A DNA stretch of 64,000 nucleotides, from positions 142,932 through 206,931 of the forward strand of contig JAUSED010000005.1 in the NCBI GenBank assembly GCA_030650425.1. The letters are read 5' to 3'. The position numbers and the translations under genes are program-made. This DNA is from Candidatus Omnitrophota bacterium (GTDB lineage Bacteria > Omnitrophota > Gorgyraeia > Gygaellales > Profunditerraquicolaceae). The notes beneath the pieces were generated by a model. The model was not told the origin of the DNA and did no database searches. It saw only the letters and a program-made list of their open reading frames with translations. This document shows, one piece after another, positions 24,001 through 27,000 of this stretch; within the stretch, counting starts at the first letter, position 1, and every line of letters starts with the position of its first letter.

Positions 24001-27000
24001 TACCGTCGTATTTGATGAAGGCGCCGGAGACGGCCTCTTATCCAGAATAGCTTTAAGATTGGGAGCGCGGAAGGTGGTTATGATTGACAATAAGCGCTGG
24101 CTATTAAATCTAGCGAGATTGTTCCTAAAAGAAGACGGTTGGGGCAAGATAGAAGAGAGGGAAGGCAAATTTGTTATTTTAGAGAGAGATTTAAGAGCCA
24201 TTTCTAGGTTGAAGATAGAGCTCAAGAGCTACCTTCGCGATAATAAACGCCTTGTGGTTATTAAAAACATCGGTCCTTACGAGTTTTATGGCAATGGCGA
24301 GACGGAACAAGCGGCTATAGATTTAGTAATTGGCTTGCCTGAACTTAAGCTGGTGATTAATGGAGGATATATAGGCAAAAACAATCTGGACAATTCCGGC
24401 CTTCATCAACGAGCTCTTACTGAGGTTCAGGAGGAATTTGTAAAAGAAGGCTTTAAAGTCCGAAGGTATGATTATAATATTGCGGCTATATTGGCAGCAA
24501 AACGGGAAAACCCTCATATTGGATCTAGCCCCTTGAATAATAAAAGGGACGCCCTTGGAGGCTCGCCAATTTCTACCCCCCTTAGGTTAGGCACAATAAT
24601 TCAGGTAGAGTTTATCAATGGGGCTTTAGCTGCTGTTGTCTCAAGCAGTATTTTAGTAAAGCCGGTTAACGAAGCTATTTTGTGCTATTCAGAGACGTTT
24701 GGCGCAAGCTCTACGCTTGAAGATAACTACACAGGACTTTTCCCGCCTCAGGGAGGGAATAAAAAAGATATAGACGCTTTATCCAGCCCATTGTCTGGCA
24801 AGGAAACGCAGGTTAAATCTACCGCCGCCTCGCCGGTGAAGCACAGTACAATTCAGGAAGCTGAAAACAAATGGCAGTGTGAGTTAGAGGAAATAAATGC
24901 TGCCCATTTTTCGAAAGAAGGAGGTTTTATTGAACATCACGGGCTGCCTCATTCACAAAGGATGTGGGAAAGCGCCAAAAGGCATTTCGGCGGGCATAGG
25001 ATTGATTTCGAAGTGCTTATCGCAGCTATTTATCTGCACGATATTGCCGTGGAGATAGTGAAAATAGCGCATGGCGCTGAAGCCGCTAAAATGGTAGAGA
25101 ATATTTTGCAAAATATAGGTTTCCCCAAAGATAAAATCCGTTATGTTTACGAGGCTATTCTTCAGCACGATGATTATAAGGCGGTAAGAGAATCTATGGA
25201 AAGTAAGATTATTTTTGCTCTAGACACAGAAGATGCTTATTTTGAAAAAGGGGCAAGATACTTGCCTATTTACCGTTTTAGAGGCATACCCGAAAAAGAA
25301 ATGTATCCCGCGATTATAGAAAATATCAAACTGCGTTTTAATTTGGTTACAGATGAGTTAGCCGAATTTAAAGTTCATCTTAAACTGCTGAAGGACGAGG
25401 CGATAGAAGAAATGGAAAGAAATGCAAATGCAGACGCTTTACATAACTTACCGCATATCAGCAAGTTAGGAGAGAAATCTCTAAGCGACCAAGACCCCGC
25501 CGCCTCGCCGGTTTCAAAGGGAAGAGAATCGTCCCCTAATTTTACGCAGAAAAAAGATACGCGGTGGTTATATTTGGAAGGAGAAGAATTTAAGCCTATA
25601 GGCGAAATATATAGAATGTTAAATAAGATTTACTATTCATTAAGGGCAGGTGGTATTTATACAGATTTTAAGACTTCTATCTCTAAAGATAGCCTTATCG
25701 CTCAAGTTTATGCCCAGCAATTATATAAGAGACTTATTGCAATAGGCAAAGTTCCTCCAATTATATATATCCATGAGTGGGGCGGGGCGGACGGAAAGTT
25801 CGCAGTTGATTTCTTAGACTCTTTTAAGAAGTTAGACATCGAGAATAGTTATTATCCACGTATATATTATATCTTAAGCGATTTTTCCTTGGCAATGTTG
25901 AGCATCGCTCGTAATAATCTCAGCCTTAGCTGCCATAGAGATCGATTAGCATATGTTCAATTTGACGCTAACGAAGAGCTGCCATGGAAAAAAGGCAGCG
26001 CCATGCTTATTCAGTTTCATGAACTTTATGATGATTTGGGCGGAGTAGAGAAAATAGTAAAAATAGGCAATGAGTTTTATCGAACAGGGGGAAGGTTGCG
26101 CCTGTCAGAAGATGATAATTTTAAAAAGCATGATGGAGCGGATGTAAACGCCGAGACTTTTTTCAACGGATATTGGAAACGCGGGCTTACGGGATTAAGT
26201 GAATTGGAGCCGTCTTTCCTGAAGGAAATTACAATTGAAGAAAAATATGATCCGATTGACTTAAGTACATATCCTTATGCAGGATTTCTAAAAAATTGGA
26301 CAGAGGGTATACATTCAGCGGTTTTTCCTTTGAATATAGGAGCGTTACAAAATCTCGAACGCGCTCTCGAGGTACTTGATTTAGAACGCGGCGCCTATAT
26401 CAATTTTTCTGATTACGCGTTTGTTTCCAAGAAAGGCCTAGTAGAAAGTTCACAAAAAGGTACTTTCATGGGAACCCTTGAATGCGGCCAGCCTACAAGC
26501 CAGATTAATTTAGCTTTCTTTATCTATATGTTAGCAGGAAGTAATCTAAAAATATCTTGCGAAAGACAGGAGAAATTTTTGAGCAGGCGTCTTGGTAGGG
26601 AAGTAAGAGAAAGAGATGTTTTGATAAAGGAGATTTTAAGTTTTTATCTATCAGAGAGAGATAGATTCGGCTATGATCTTGATTTTCAAGAGCAACTTTT
26701 CAAAGGAATTGAAATTCCAGATTTGTTTAGAGTTGATATATTGGATAACGGAGATTCGTCTGCTGAGGAACCCGAGGATCTAAGAAGAGGCATTTTTAGA
26801 AGTCTGGTAGCGCAATGCATAAACAATCATATGGACAATTTGATTAATGATTGGTTAGATAAAGACGAATTATTGGAGGAGTTGCTTAACGACCCGTCAT
26901 TGCAGTTTCTATTAGGGCGGATAGGGAGTGTTGATCCAGAAACCGCCGTTACTATTTTCACTAACAATTTATTTAAGATTAGAATACCGGAAGGGCCGAG